Assembly: GCA_965204375.1 (NCBI GenBank)
Contig: OZ241986.1
Location: 1,440,001-1,504,000 of the forward strand
DNA length: 64,000 nt
Reading direction: 5' to 3'
Source: Candidatus Latescibacterota bacterium
GTDB lineage: Bacteria > Latescibacterota > UBA2968
How positions within the stretch are numbered: position 1 is the first letter of the stretch; every line of letters starts with the position of its first letter. Positions 28,174 to 37,176 of the stretch are shown in pieces. The notes under the pieces were generated by a model that searched no databases, had not been told where the DNA came from, and was given only the letters and a program-made list of their open reading frames with translations. A program made the translations under genes and the position numbers.

Positions 28174-29337
28174 ATGATGCGAATAATTCTCGCTTTGGGT
28201 TTTATTTTGTCGATGGTACTGCCAGCTTGTGCCAATACAATTTTTTCTTTTTATGGCGTTGGCGATCCAGTCAGGCGCGTTGATGCGCGGTCTCGAAGTA
28301 TGGGCGGTACTGGGCGGTCGCTTGCAGATGGGCTAAATTTTTCATCCCACAATCCCGCTTTGTTGGGTGCTTTCCGCAGGATGTCTGTGAGTGCGCAATT
28401 TATGGCCCAGCACCGATTTTTGAATGGCGAAAGCATTGTAAATGACGGGGACGTCGGGGCCTTTCAGGTCGCACTGCCTATGAGACGGGGGTCTGTTTTG
28501 GGCGTGGGGCTTGAACCGCTTACAGATATGGATTTCGGGGCGATAGAAGATCGAGGCACGGGTGATTTGAAGTATCAACTGGAAGTGGAAGCGACCGGGG
28601 GTATCCAGGCTATTTCCCTGGGGTTGGGACATCGAATTGGGCGCAGGCTTTTTGTGGGCGGGCGTATAAATTGGGTGGCTATGGGGACGCTTAACGAGTC
28701 CTGGATCAAGGATTTCGACAATGAGACGGTCTTCTTTTCTCACGATGAAATCACGCGCACCCATCGCGGGTGGTTGCCTTCATTCGGGATTATCTATACT
28801 CCCACTGTGCGGTGGAGTCTGGGCGCAAATGTCGATATTGGAGGCAGTATCAAGCAGCGTCAGGTTCAAAGAAATCGTTTTGTGGGACAGCGCGAAGCCG
28901 TTGAGGTCGAAACGGAAAGCGATGTGGAATTTCCCCGGGAATTTGGGGCGGGGGTAACGTATATGGCGGGCTATCGCTGGCTGGCGTCGGTCGATGTTTC
29001 TCGGGGGCTGTGGCACGCGACAGGGGATGGACGGTTTGATACGTGGGATGTAAGTGCAGGGATGTTGTGGCGCACGGGAGACCCCGATGTGCTGGTGCGG
29101 GGCCGGCGCTTTGAACTCAGCGCGGGTTTGCATTATCGGTCGCTTTATTTTCCGACGACCTCTAATAATCAGATTGACGAATTGGGGGCCAGCTTTGGCC
29201 TGGCGTTGCCATTTGTGAATAATAGCGGTCGTTTTCGCTATGTGCTCGAGGTGGGAAGGCGCGGCGACCGCTCAAAACACGGCGCGTCAGAGCGGTTTAT
29301 TCAGCACTCTTTTTCCGTAGTCGGTTTTGTAAGATAA
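28174..29337 (+). CDS. Outer-membrane beta-barrel, FadL/OmpP1/PorV-superfamily-like
   Basis: Signal peptide, FSFYGVGD...ARSRSMGG...NPALL N-terminal motif, alternating beta strands. Confidence 0.65.
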   Translation: MMRIILALGFILSMVLPACANTIFSFYGVGDPVRRVDARSRSMGGTGRSLADGLNFSSHNPALLGAFRRMSVSAQFMAQHRFLNGESIVNDGDVGAFQVALPMRRGSVLGVGLEPLTDMDFGAIEDRGTGDLKYQLEVEATGGIQAISLGLGHRIGRRLFVGGRINWVAMGTLNESWIKDFDNETVFFSHDEITRTHRGWLPSFGIIYTPTVRWSLGANVDIGGSIKQRQVQRNRFVGQREAVEVETESDVEFPREFGAGVTYMAGYRWLASVDVSRGLWHATGDGRFDTWDVSAGMLWRTGDPDVLVRGRRFELSAGLHYRSLYFPTTSNNQIDELGASFGLALPFVNNSGRFRYVLEVGRRGDRSKHGASERFIQHSFSVVGFVR

Positions 29338-29353
29338 TTTGGGGCAGGACAGT

Positions 29354-30535
29354 TCAAACGGTCTGTGTTCGGCGCCCGAGCGCTCGGATACGGCCGTTTT
29401 TGATTTTTTGAACAATTTTATCGGATAGAAGGTGCAAAACGGGCAGACCAATCCCCGTGCAAATAAAGTACAGAGGAGCTGTTTCGGGCGCAATAGATTC
29501 AAAGCAGACGATTGCAAGGAGGCCCTGCGACAAGAGCGGAAGCCAGGCTTGAACGGGTTGCGAGGTGAAGTGCCTACATAGCAGACCACCGGCAATTTTG
29601 CCCAAAATCAAGGCTGCTATCAGGGCATAAAAATGAGGCGGTACGGAGGATATTTGCCAGTCTAAAACGAGGCCGCTAACATAGTGTGCGAGAGCAAAAG
29701 CAATCAGTGCTTCCGCATTTGGTGGACGCATATTAGGTCTCAGTCCGCGTTTGGTGCGCAAGGACAATGCAAGGCCCACTGCCCAGGCCAAAATAAGGGG
29801 CTGAATCCAAACGTGCCACGAAGCAAGCGCGATCAGGAATGACAGGGCAAACCAACTCGTAAACTGGCCTGTGGGAGTGTGGATATGTTGCAACCAGCGA
29901 TGCACGAGTTCAATGCCAACAACACCGATCAAAACGGCCAGTGCGATATCAGCGGCAAGATGAAGAAAGGAATAGAACCCGTCGTTCAGGATGAATTCGA
30001 CGCCAAAAATAAGCCCTGTCAAAAAGAGCAAACAGAGACCGATTGCCGTAACACATAAAGAAAAAGGCCATGTATCTCGCAGGTTGTGTTCTGTGCGGTC
30101 TAAAAATATGGGGGCTGAGATGCCCGATAGGATGGCAAGTTGCAAGGTGGTGACAAGGTGGAGGTCGAAAAAGATGAGTACTGAGAAGGTCGTGAGAACG
30201 GGTGCTGCATACAGGTAAATGCTACCCGTAAGCAAACGCTGATTTGCAAAGATAGGACGGGAGAGCGATGTGCCCAAATAAAGGCCGACCCAGGCCATTG
30301 CGATATCTGCAAAGGGCTTTATACTCTGGTGACTTTCAGCGGTTGTAATAGGTGCAATGCCGATGGCGAGCCCCGCGGCTATCATGCCCAGGACATTGGG
30401 CAATTTGGCGCGATGAGCCAGTCGCGCACCCACGATAGAGGCCGTTATCAGAAAGCCGACCCAGACCATTTCGGGAGGGGATTGGAGAAGCCAGATCAGG
30501 ATACCGATACCAAGTGTAATGCAAAAAAGGCGCAT
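29354..30535 (-). CDS. Polytopic membrane protein, cation:proton antiporter-like
   Basis: About 12 hydrophobic segments. KLPNVLGMIAAGLAIG and GKIAG...LLSQG.LA resemble CPA motifs. Confidence 0.5.
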   Translation of the reverse strand: MRLFCITLGIGILIWLLQSPPEMVWVGFLITASIVGARLAHRAKLPNVLGMIAAGLAIGIAPITTAESHQSIKPFADIAMAWVGLYLGTSLSRPIFANQRLLTGSIYLYAAPVLTTFSVLIFFDLHLVTTLQLAILSGISAPIFLDRTEHNLRDTWPFSLCVTAIGLCLLFLTGLIFGVEFILNDGFYSFLHLAADIALAVLIGVVGIELVHRWLQHIHTPTGQFTSWFALSFLIALASWHVWIQPLILAWAVGLALSLRTKRGLRPNMRPPNAEALIAFALAHYVSGLVLDWQISSVPPHFYALIAALILGKIAGGLLCRHFTSQPVQAWLPLLSQGLLAIVCFESIAPETAPLYFICTGIGLPVLHLLSDKIVQKIKNGRIRALGRRTQTV

Positions 30536-30545
30536 GGAAATCGTC

Positions 30546-31763
30546 TCAGGTGTGAGATTGTGGTGAATTCGCGGGTGGAATGAGTATCATTTGACTTAAA
30601 AAAACGGCAATTACGAGCCCCGTAATGAGCGTGTAGTGCTGAAAGTCGAGGAGATAAATGGCCTGTACGCCAACAGCGATACTCAGCGTGCCCTGAGGGC
30701 GCCAGCTCAAGGTGAGCAATTCGCGCCAAGTCTGCGGTATTTGCCAGAGGGTTTGGGATACCGTGAAACCGATTGTGCGGCCCATTCCTCGCACGAGTAT
30801 CACTGTGAGAGCAAGTGGAAAAAGAGGTGACCAGAGAAAAAATATATCGCCGCCAAATTCCCCTATTATTGAGCCGGTCAACGCGAAAAAGATCGGTTCA
30901 ATCACGTCATTTGCACGTGTTGTAAATTCGACGATTTCGCGTTTTGCCACGGTTGTGTTAATCAGCCAGATACCCGATAGAAAGCCCACAGCAAGAGATG
31001 GTAAGTCCGGAGCCTGGCACAATCCTGAAAGGGCGATCACAATGCCCAGGACAAGGCTTAGTGCGCGAGCACCCGTGCGGTGGCTGCGAAATGAAAAATC
31101 GAGCGCGATGCCTCCGACCACGCCTGCGCCGAGCATGAGCAGTGCAATACCAGTTGCACCTATAAATGGCAAGTTGCCCAAATAAAAAATGGGGTTTTCT
31201 GCAAGTGGGGGAAAAGCGATGCACAACACGGCCATAGCCGCGATATTACTAAGTGGCAGGTTTTGACCTGGAACAGGAGTTGGAATAGGGCGGTTGGGCC
31301 ACTGAAAAAAAGGTGTGGGAAAGCGCACAGTAAGTGCGAAACAGGTGAGCAAAACTATGGCGAGGGGTAAATTTTGGAGCAACCCGAGGTAGCGATAAAG
31401 TATTAAACCACTGGCGAAGGCCGCAAGGACAGTGAACCCGCCGGTGGCGAGTACAACGGCTGTTTGAGAGTAAATCACCGAGATTCCGCGGTCTCGCAGA
31501 TTTTGGAGGTCTGTTGACAGACCTGTTTGCAGGCCAATCCACAGCAAAATAGCGCCGATGCAATTGTACCGCACCACTTCAAACAGGTGAAACACCTCAT
31601 CGGCTTCAGAAAAAAACATCCCTACGAGAACACCGAGGAGCAGATAATGTGCTCTGCCTATTCGCAGACTGTCTATCAGCGGATATGGTGGCATCCGTCG
31701 AAAAATTTTTTGGCCGAAAAAAAAAGCACCAAAACCGACAATTAAACTGAAAATAAAGGCCAT
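30546..31763 (-). CDS. Polytopic membrane protein, cation:proton antiporter-like
   Basis: Multi-TM. YLLLGVLVG, WIGLQTGL, EPIFFALTG, RGMGR and PQGTLSIA are CPA-like motifs. Confidence 0.55.
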   Translation of the reverse strand: MAFIFSLIVGFGAFFFGQKIFRRMPPYPLIDSLRIGRAHYLLLGVLVGMFFSEADEVFHLFEVVRYNCIGAILLWIGLQTGLSTDLQNLRDRGISVIYSQTAVVLATGGFTVLAAFASGLILYRYLGLLQNLPLAIVLLTCFALTVRFPTPFFQWPNRPIPTPVPGQNLPLSNIAAMAVLCIAFPPLAENPIFYLGNLPFIGATGIALLMLGAGVVGGIALDFSFRSHRTGARALSLVLGIVIALSGLCQAPDLPSLAVGFLSGIWLINTTVAKREIVEFTTRANDVIEPIFFALTGSIIGEFGGDIFFLWSPLFPLALTVILVRGMGRTIGFTVSQTLWQIPQTWRELLTLSWRPQGTLSIAVGVQAIYLLDFQHYTLITGLVIAVFLSQMILIPPANSPQSHT

Positions 31764-31862
31764 AAAATGCCTGCACTTTAGGGATAACTGGTGTCGTCTT
31801 TACTGCGGTGGATTATACTTTTTTCCAAAGTTTGGGTCAAGGGCGAAGTTGACGACCCACGC

Positions 31863-31891
31863 TTGACAGTCGTTAAAATATAGTGTATAGT
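31863..31891 (+). promoter_or_regulatory. Near-consensus sigma70 promoter of the rsbW-hpf-hprK operon
   Basis: TTGACA-17 nt-TATAGT. Confidence 0.7.
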
Positions 31892-32009
31892 CAAGATTGA
31901 GTTGTAATAGATGAGTTTTGAGAGAGCACCTTCCCCATAGTTCTGCTAATGTTGTGCTGTGCGTGGGGGCGGATGGCCGGGTACTGATAGCACAAATTCT
32001 GGAGGCCCT

Positions 32010-32456
32010 ATGTCCAATTCATTACCTCAGGTGCTAATGCACAGTGCCCCAAGTTTATACGAGCATCTCGACGCATTTGCCCAGATTGTTGAGTCGGCCG
32101 TTCGGATAGCTGGCGCTTCAGAAGATGAGCAAGTTGATCTGATGGTTGCAGTCATGGAAGCTCTCAATAATGCGATTGATCATGGCAATGGTGAAGATGC
32201 CTCGAAGAAAGTACATCTCAAGATCGATATCCACCCCGCTTCCATTACGGTCTGGGTACAAGACGAGGGGGGAGGTTTTGATCCCAATGCCGCGCCTGAT
32301 CCGCTTGCACCAGAAAATCTAATGAATGATTCTGGACGCGGGCTTTTGATGATGCGTGCGTTTATGGATGAGGTGGATTTTATGCCCTCTCAGAAGGGCA
32401 CACTGGTAAAAATGATCAAGTATTTTTCCTCTAAGTCGTCACCATCTCACTGTTGA
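32010..32456 (+). CDS. RsbW/SpoIIAB-like anti-sigma factor Ser/Thr kinase (HATPase_c_2)
   Basis: EALNNAIDHGN, VQDEGGGFD, PDPLAPENL, SGRGLLMMRAFMDEV. Confidence 0.85.
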   Translation: MSNSLPQVLMHSAPSLYEHLDAFAQIVESAVRIAGASEDEQVDLMVAVMEALNNAIDHGNGEDASKKVHLKIDIHPASITVWVQDEGGGFDPNAAPDPLAPENLMNDSGRGLLMMRAFMDEVDFMPSQKGTLVKMIKYFSSKSSPSHC

Positions 32457-32466
32457 GGAGGATGCC

Positions 32467-32781
32467 ATGCAAATTGTCATTTCTGGACATCACTACCATG
32501 TCTCGGACAGCACGCGTACCCATATTGAAGCTGCTGTCTCTCGGTTTGAGCGATTTTACAAGCCAGTGCTGGGTTGTCATGTCACCATTACAAAAGAGGG
32601 ACCTGCATTTCGCGTTGATATTATTGTCAATGTGCACGGACAAACCCTCAAAGCTTCCAACACTGGTAGTAAGCTCTATCCCGTTATTGATGGTTCGGCA
32701 AAGAAGATGATCCGACAATTAAAGAAACTTCGCGACCGACGTAGAAAACCTCGCGTTATTTCCGGTCTAAGTGAGGTATAA
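32467..32781 (+). CDS. hpf: Ribosome hibernation promoting factor (RaiA/HPF, short form)
   Basis: MQIVISGHHYHVS...LYPVID...KMIRQLKKLRD. Directly upstream of hprK. Confidence 0.85.
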   Translation: MQIVISGHHYHVSDSTRTHIEAAVSRFERFYKPVLGCHVTITKEGPAFRVDIIVNVHGQTLKASNTGSKLYPVIDGSAKKMIRQLKKLRDRRRKPRVISGLSEV

Positions 32782-32784
32782 GCC

Positions 32785-33753
32785 GTGCCACAGATTTCAA
32801 TTGGCAAGATGTTAGAGGATTATGGCGACCAACTCTCGCTTTCGTCCGTTGCTGGAGAGGAGGGGATTGGCAATACACTATCTACCAGCGATGTCCACCG
32901 GCCCGGTCTCGCACTTGCGGGTTTTCTCGGGCTTTTTACTTTTGACCGCGTTCAGGTTATGGGCAATACGGAGATGCTCTATCTATCGAGCCTTGCCCCC
33001 GATGTTTGTCGCGAGACCCTTGAAACCATTTTTCAGTTTGATATTCCCTGTATGGTTATCACTGATGGGAATGAAGTGCTGCCGGTTATGGTCGAATTGT
33101 CCAATTCGCGGCACATTCCCTTGCTGACCACGCCGTTTGCGACCACCAAGTTTGCCCACCTTTTTTCTTATTATCTCGACGATGTGTTTGCACCGCGCAC
33201 AGCCATTCACGGTTCACTGGTCGATGTGTATGGCATTGGGCTGTTATTTGTCGGTGCAAGTGGAATTGGAAAAAGTGAGATTGCCGTTGATCTGGTTGAG
33301 CGCGGACACCGATTGGTCGCGGATGACGTCGTACTCGTGTCGCGCAAGTTACAAGGCATAGTTGTAGGTAGTAGTGGGGAAACACTGCGCGATCATATAG
33401 AAATACGCGGTCTGGGCATTTTGAATGTTCGGAATATGTTTGGCGTGCGTGCCGTTCGTATGCAGAAGCGCATTGAGGTTGTTGTCAAGCTCATTAAATG
33501 GGATGAAACCGCGGCGTACGATCGCATTGGACTCGATGAGGATTGGGTCTCGATTCTCGACCTCGAGGTGCCGCAGGTTACAGTGCCGATCTATCCGGGA
33601 AAAAATATTACGGTGATTGCTGAGACGATTGCTCTGAATTATCAACTCAAAATACAGGGCTATCACACGGCGCAAGAATTCAATCGTCGCCTTGTTGAGC
33701 GCATGAAGAACAAAATCCGGGACGATATGTCTATTCGCGCGGATATCGAGTAA
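32785..33753 (+). CDS. hprK: HPr(Ser) kinase/phosphorylase
   Basis: HRPGLALAG, HGSLVDVYGIG, GASGIGKSE, RGHRLVADD, EIRGLGI. Confidence 0.96.
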   Translation: MPQISIGKMLEDYGDQLSLSSVAGEEGIGNTLSTSDVHRPGLALAGFLGLFTFDRVQVMGNTEMLYLSSLAPDVCRETLETIFQFDIPCMVITDGNEVLPVMVELSNSRHIPLLTTPFATTKFAHLFSYYLDDVFAPRTAIHGSLVDVYGIGLLFVGASGIGKSEIAVDLVERGHRLVADDVVLVSRKLQGIVVGSSGETLRDHIEIRGLGILNVRNMFGVRAVRMQKRIEVVVKLIKWDETAAYDRIGLDEDWVSILDLEVPQVTVPIYPGKNITVIAETIALNYQLKIQGYHTAQEFNRRLVERMKNKIRDDMSIRADIE

Positions 33754-33767
33754 TTATGGAGGCATAA

Positions 33768-34694
33768 ATGAAATTAAAGTGCGTTGTCTTATTGTTGTTT
33801 GGGTTCGTGGGGTGCGGGGGACACAGTGCTTTGGAAAGCGATGCCCAGCGCATGCTGGCTTCTGTTCGGGATCTGGAAGAAGAATTGGATGATTTGCCGC
33901 AGGCGATTGCGCGGTATGGAGAAATCTCAGCGCAATTCCCACATACTGAGGCGGAAAAAACAGCGCGCGCGCGGCGGGCGATGCTCGAGCAGGTACAGGC
34001 TCGTCTGGCGAATCGAGAAGCTATTCCTAAAGACAGTATAGTGGTATTTTACGAGGGTGTGGTCGAAATCGCGCCCGATTATTTTGCCGCGTTGAAGAAG
34101 CTCGGTACCAATTACAGTAATCAAATACATCTTATCACGCGTTTTGCCGCCAATACAGGGGCGGTGCAGATAAAAAAACAGGCCATAGGAATATGGGAGA
34201 AGCAGGATAGTCTGTGGTCGCGCTACACCTTTCGCCCCATTCCATCAAATCGTTTCTGGCAGGATCAGTTGTGCAAGGACGCGCTGAATATTACAGAGAT
34301 GTTAATTGCTAAGTCTTTTCGAGAGTACAACCGCGCGCAGAGTATCATCAATAAGGGATTGGGTTATGCTTCGGGCGAGGATGTGATTTCACGAGCCAAA
34401 GTCTATGCAGCCTATTGCGCGTTTTGGCAGGGCAAAGCAGAAGATTTCCAGCAGGGCGTCGCACTGGCAAGAGAGGCTTTGAGCTATGAATTTTTATCGG
34501 ATAATGACCGCGCGCGCGCCTATCATGTTATTGGTCTTTGTTATGCGTATATTTATCAGGATACAGAAGACATGGCCCATCTCGATGAGGCGATAAGAGC
34601 ACTCAATGAAGCCGTAAACATCGATGGGAATATGGGCGAGGCAAAGCTATTGCTCAAAGAGTTGCGACAACAGCGAGGAAGGGTAGCGTCTTGA
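33768..34694 (+). CDS. TPR-like helical lipoprotein
   Basis: Lipobox FVGC. TPR-like segment ARAYHVIGLCY...AIRALNEAVNID. Confidence 0.6.
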   Translation: MKLKCVVLLLFGFVGCGGHSALESDAQRMLASVRDLEEELDDLPQAIARYGEISAQFPHTEAEKTARARRAMLEQVQARLANREAIPKDSIVVFYEGVVEIAPDYFAALKKLGTNYSNQIHLITRFAANTGAVQIKKQAIGIWEKQDSLWSRYTFRPIPSNRFWQDQLCKDALNITEMLIAKSFREYNRAQSIINKGLGYASGEDVISRAKVYAAYCAFWQGKAEDFQQGVALAREALSYEFLSDNDRARAYHVIGLCYAYIYQDTEDMAHLDEAIRALNEAVNIDGNMGEAKLLLKELRQQRGRVAS

Positions 34695-34698
34695 GATT

Positions 34699-36006
34699 AT
34701 GAAAAAAATTGTTTGTAAATTTGGCGGTTCATCGGTTGCTGATGCCACACAGGTCGAGAAGGTAGTGTCTATTGTGCGGAGCGATGAACGCCGTTGTTTT
34801 GTCGTGCCTTCTGCGCCGGGTAAACGGTCTGATGAGGATACAAAAATTACTGATTTGCTCTATTTGTGCCACGAACTCGCACGACAAAATGTCGATTTTT
34901 CGGAGCCTTTTAACAAAATTAGTACGCGTTATTTGGATCTCTCAAAGGCTCTTGGTGCGTCGGTTGATATGGAGAGACTGCTCGCTGAAGTCGAGAGCAA
35001 GATTGCGGATGGCGCGGGGCGAGATTATGTGGCGGCGCGCGGCGAGTATTTGTGCGGGCATATTTTAGCCGATGTTTTGGGTGCAGTGTTTATCGATCCA
35101 GCCGAGGCGATTCTCTTTCGAGCTGATGGACGTCTCGATAGCGATTCATATCGGCGACTGAGGGCGCATCTTTCAGATGAACAACTCTATGTTATTCCGG
35201 GATTTTACGGCGCGGATGCAGAGGGTGAGATCGTGACATTTTCTCGCGGTGGGTCGGATATTACCGGTGCGATTGTCGCTCGCGCAGTTGGGGCAGAAGT
35301 GTACGAAAACTGGACGGATGTGTCCGGATTGCTCATGGCCGATCCCCGCATGGTGCCCAATCCATTGCCCGTGGAGGAAATTACGTATCGAGAAATGCGC
35401 GAGTTGGCCTATATGGGAGCCGATGTTTTTCACGATGAGGCGATGTTTCCAGTGCGCGCGGCTGAAATCCCTATTCACATACGCAATACCAATCAACCAG
35501 AGGATGCTGGCACGCTGATTTTGCCGAGCCGAGAGCTTACAGAGCGCCTGATTGCCGGGGTTGCGGGGCGTCCCAATTTTAGTATGTTGTTTATTGAAAA
35601 AGATCTGATGAATCAGACAACGGGGTTTGGGCAGCGGGTCCTGGAGGTAGTCGCACGACACGGGATCAGTTATGATCACACGCCGTCGGGCATCGATACA
35701 ATGTCGGTGATTATACAGGATGAGCAATTGGACGGCAAGGGCGAACTGCTCGTCGAAGATATTCAACGCATTATCGAGCCTGATCGCGTCGAACTGATCC
35801 ATGGACTTGCGCTGATTGCGACGGTTGGCGAGGGGATGTCGCACAGGGTTGGCATTGCTGCGCGTCTGTTTACTGCGCTGGCAGATGCAGGTGTGAATGT
35901 ACGGGTGATTGACCAGGGGGCTTCAGAGATCAATATTATTGTGGGGGTCGAAGAAGCCGATCTCGAGACAGCACTGGTCGCTATTTATCGCGCTTTTGTA
36001 AAATAA
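34699..36006 (+). CDS. lysC: Aspartate kinase
   Basis: KFGGSSVA, VPSAPGKR, FSRGGSDITG, ENWTDVSG, C-terminal ACT domains. Confidence 0.93.
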   Translation: MKKIVCKFGGSSVADATQVEKVVSIVRSDERRCFVVPSAPGKRSDEDTKITDLLYLCHELARQNVDFSEPFNKISTRYLDLSKALGASVDMERLLAEVESKIADGAGRDYVAARGEYLCGHILADVLGAVFIDPAEAILFRADGRLDSDSYRRLRAHLSDEQLYVIPGFYGADAEGEIVTFSRGGSDITGAIVARAVGAEVYENWTDVSGLLMADPRMVPNPLPVEEITYREMRELAYMGADVFHDEAMFPVRAAEIPIHIRNTNQPEDAGTLILPSRELTERLIAGVAGRPNFSMLFIEKDLMNQTTGFGQRVLEVVARHGISYDHTPSGIDTMSVIIQDEQLDGKGELLVEDIQRIIEPDRVELIHGLALIATVGEGMSHRVGIAARLFTALADAGVNVRVIDQGASEINIIVGVEEADLETALVAIYRAFVK

Positions 36007-36025
36007 AAAAACTGGGGAGGGATTC

Positions 36026-37075
36026 ATGAAGATTCTCGTGACGGGATCACACGGAAGGGTAGGGGGCAATCTGGTCAGACGTTTGCTCGACAAGGGCCAC
36101 GACATACGCGGCTTTGTCTATCCCGGCGATGCCAGCCGGGCGGGTAAATGGGAAGGCATTGATGAAGTCGAGGTCGTAGAAGGCGACTTGCGCGATTACG
36201 AGGCCGTATCTCAGGCGGTTGAGGGTGTGGATGCCATATACCACCTCGCCGCGGCTTTTGCAAGCCCGCATAGTCATATCGAATATTTGCAGATTAATGG
36301 GCTGGGCACACTGCATTTACTCGAAGCTGTGCGCGAGAAAGTCCCCAATTTGCAGCGTTTTGTCTATGCATGCACAGAAGCGATATACTGGAAGGTTGAA
36401 GAGGCCGGGCGTTTGTTTGAGCAGCCGATTTCCGAAGATATGGTCAGCGCGACTAAAGCGATGCCCTATTTTTTGACCAAGTGGATCGGCGAAGAATTGG
36501 TGATGAATTACCACGTTCAATACGGCGTTCCGAGCGTTGTGTGTCGGTTTGCGACCATTTTTGAACCGAGCGAATTTTTGACCGAAGACGGCGTTCCCAA
36601 ATTTTGCTCCCTCAGACCTCCGCTCGAACGGTTGCAACGCCAGAAAAACCCCACAGATGAACAGAGGGCGCAACTCGCATCTATGGGAAAAGCCTGGAAA
36701 GATGGCGCGCGGGTTCTGGTTAGCAGGTGCCCCGATGGCAGGAGTTTTAAGCAGGAATGGGCAGATGTGCGGGATATCGCCCTGGGCCTTTCTCTGAGTT
36801 TGGAGCGCGATGAAGCCGTGGGCGAGGCATTTACCCTGGGCGGAATGCTCATCGTGTGGGAAGACGATGTTCCAAAAGTTGCCGATTATCTCGACGTAGG
36901 CTATACAGAAGCGACCATGCCTGCGCCGAATTTTTTTGAATTTGATCGGACGAAAACGCAAAATTTGCTCGGTTATCACGCCGAGCACGACTTGTGGAGC
37001 ACGCTGAATACGGCTCTGGCGATGCAAGAGGGCAAAGAGACAGATGTTGTCCCCACAGGTGTGAGATACGGATGA
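36026..37075 (+). CDS. NAD-dependent epimerase/dehydratase (extended SDR)
   Basis: ILVTGSHGRVG, HLAA, YFLTK (YxxxK). Confidence 0.85.
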   Translation: MKILVTGSHGRVGGNLVRRLLDKGHDIRGFVYPGDASRAGKWEGIDEVEVVEGDLRDYEAVSQAVEGVDAIYHLAAAFASPHSHIEYLQINGLGTLHLLEAVREKVPNLQRFVYACTEAIYWKVEEAGRLFEQPISEDMVSATKAMPYFLTKWIGEELVMNYHVQYGVPSVVCRFATIFEPSEFLTEDGVPKFCSLRPPLERLQRQKNPTDEQRAQLASMGKAWKDGARVLVSRCPDGRSFKQEWADVRDIALGLSLSLERDEAVGEAFTLGGMLIVWEDDVPKVADYLDVGYTEATMPAPNFFEFDRTKTQNLLGYHAEHDLWSTLNTALAMQEGKETDVVPTGVRYG

Positions 37076-37176
37076 AGCCGCACATAATGGGGGTTGACGG
37101 CTTGCCGCATAACCTCAAAGGCGGAGGTTGAAGTTGGCGGTGACATATCAACTCGAACGTTGACGGAAGGAAAGTT

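Noticed and set aside
37076-37176. Riboswitch upstream of the BCCT transporter (GCCGC..TAACCTC/GAGGTTG..GCGGT hairpin)
   Set aside because: A single hairpin with no terminator, no RBS-sequestering alternative and no known consensus.
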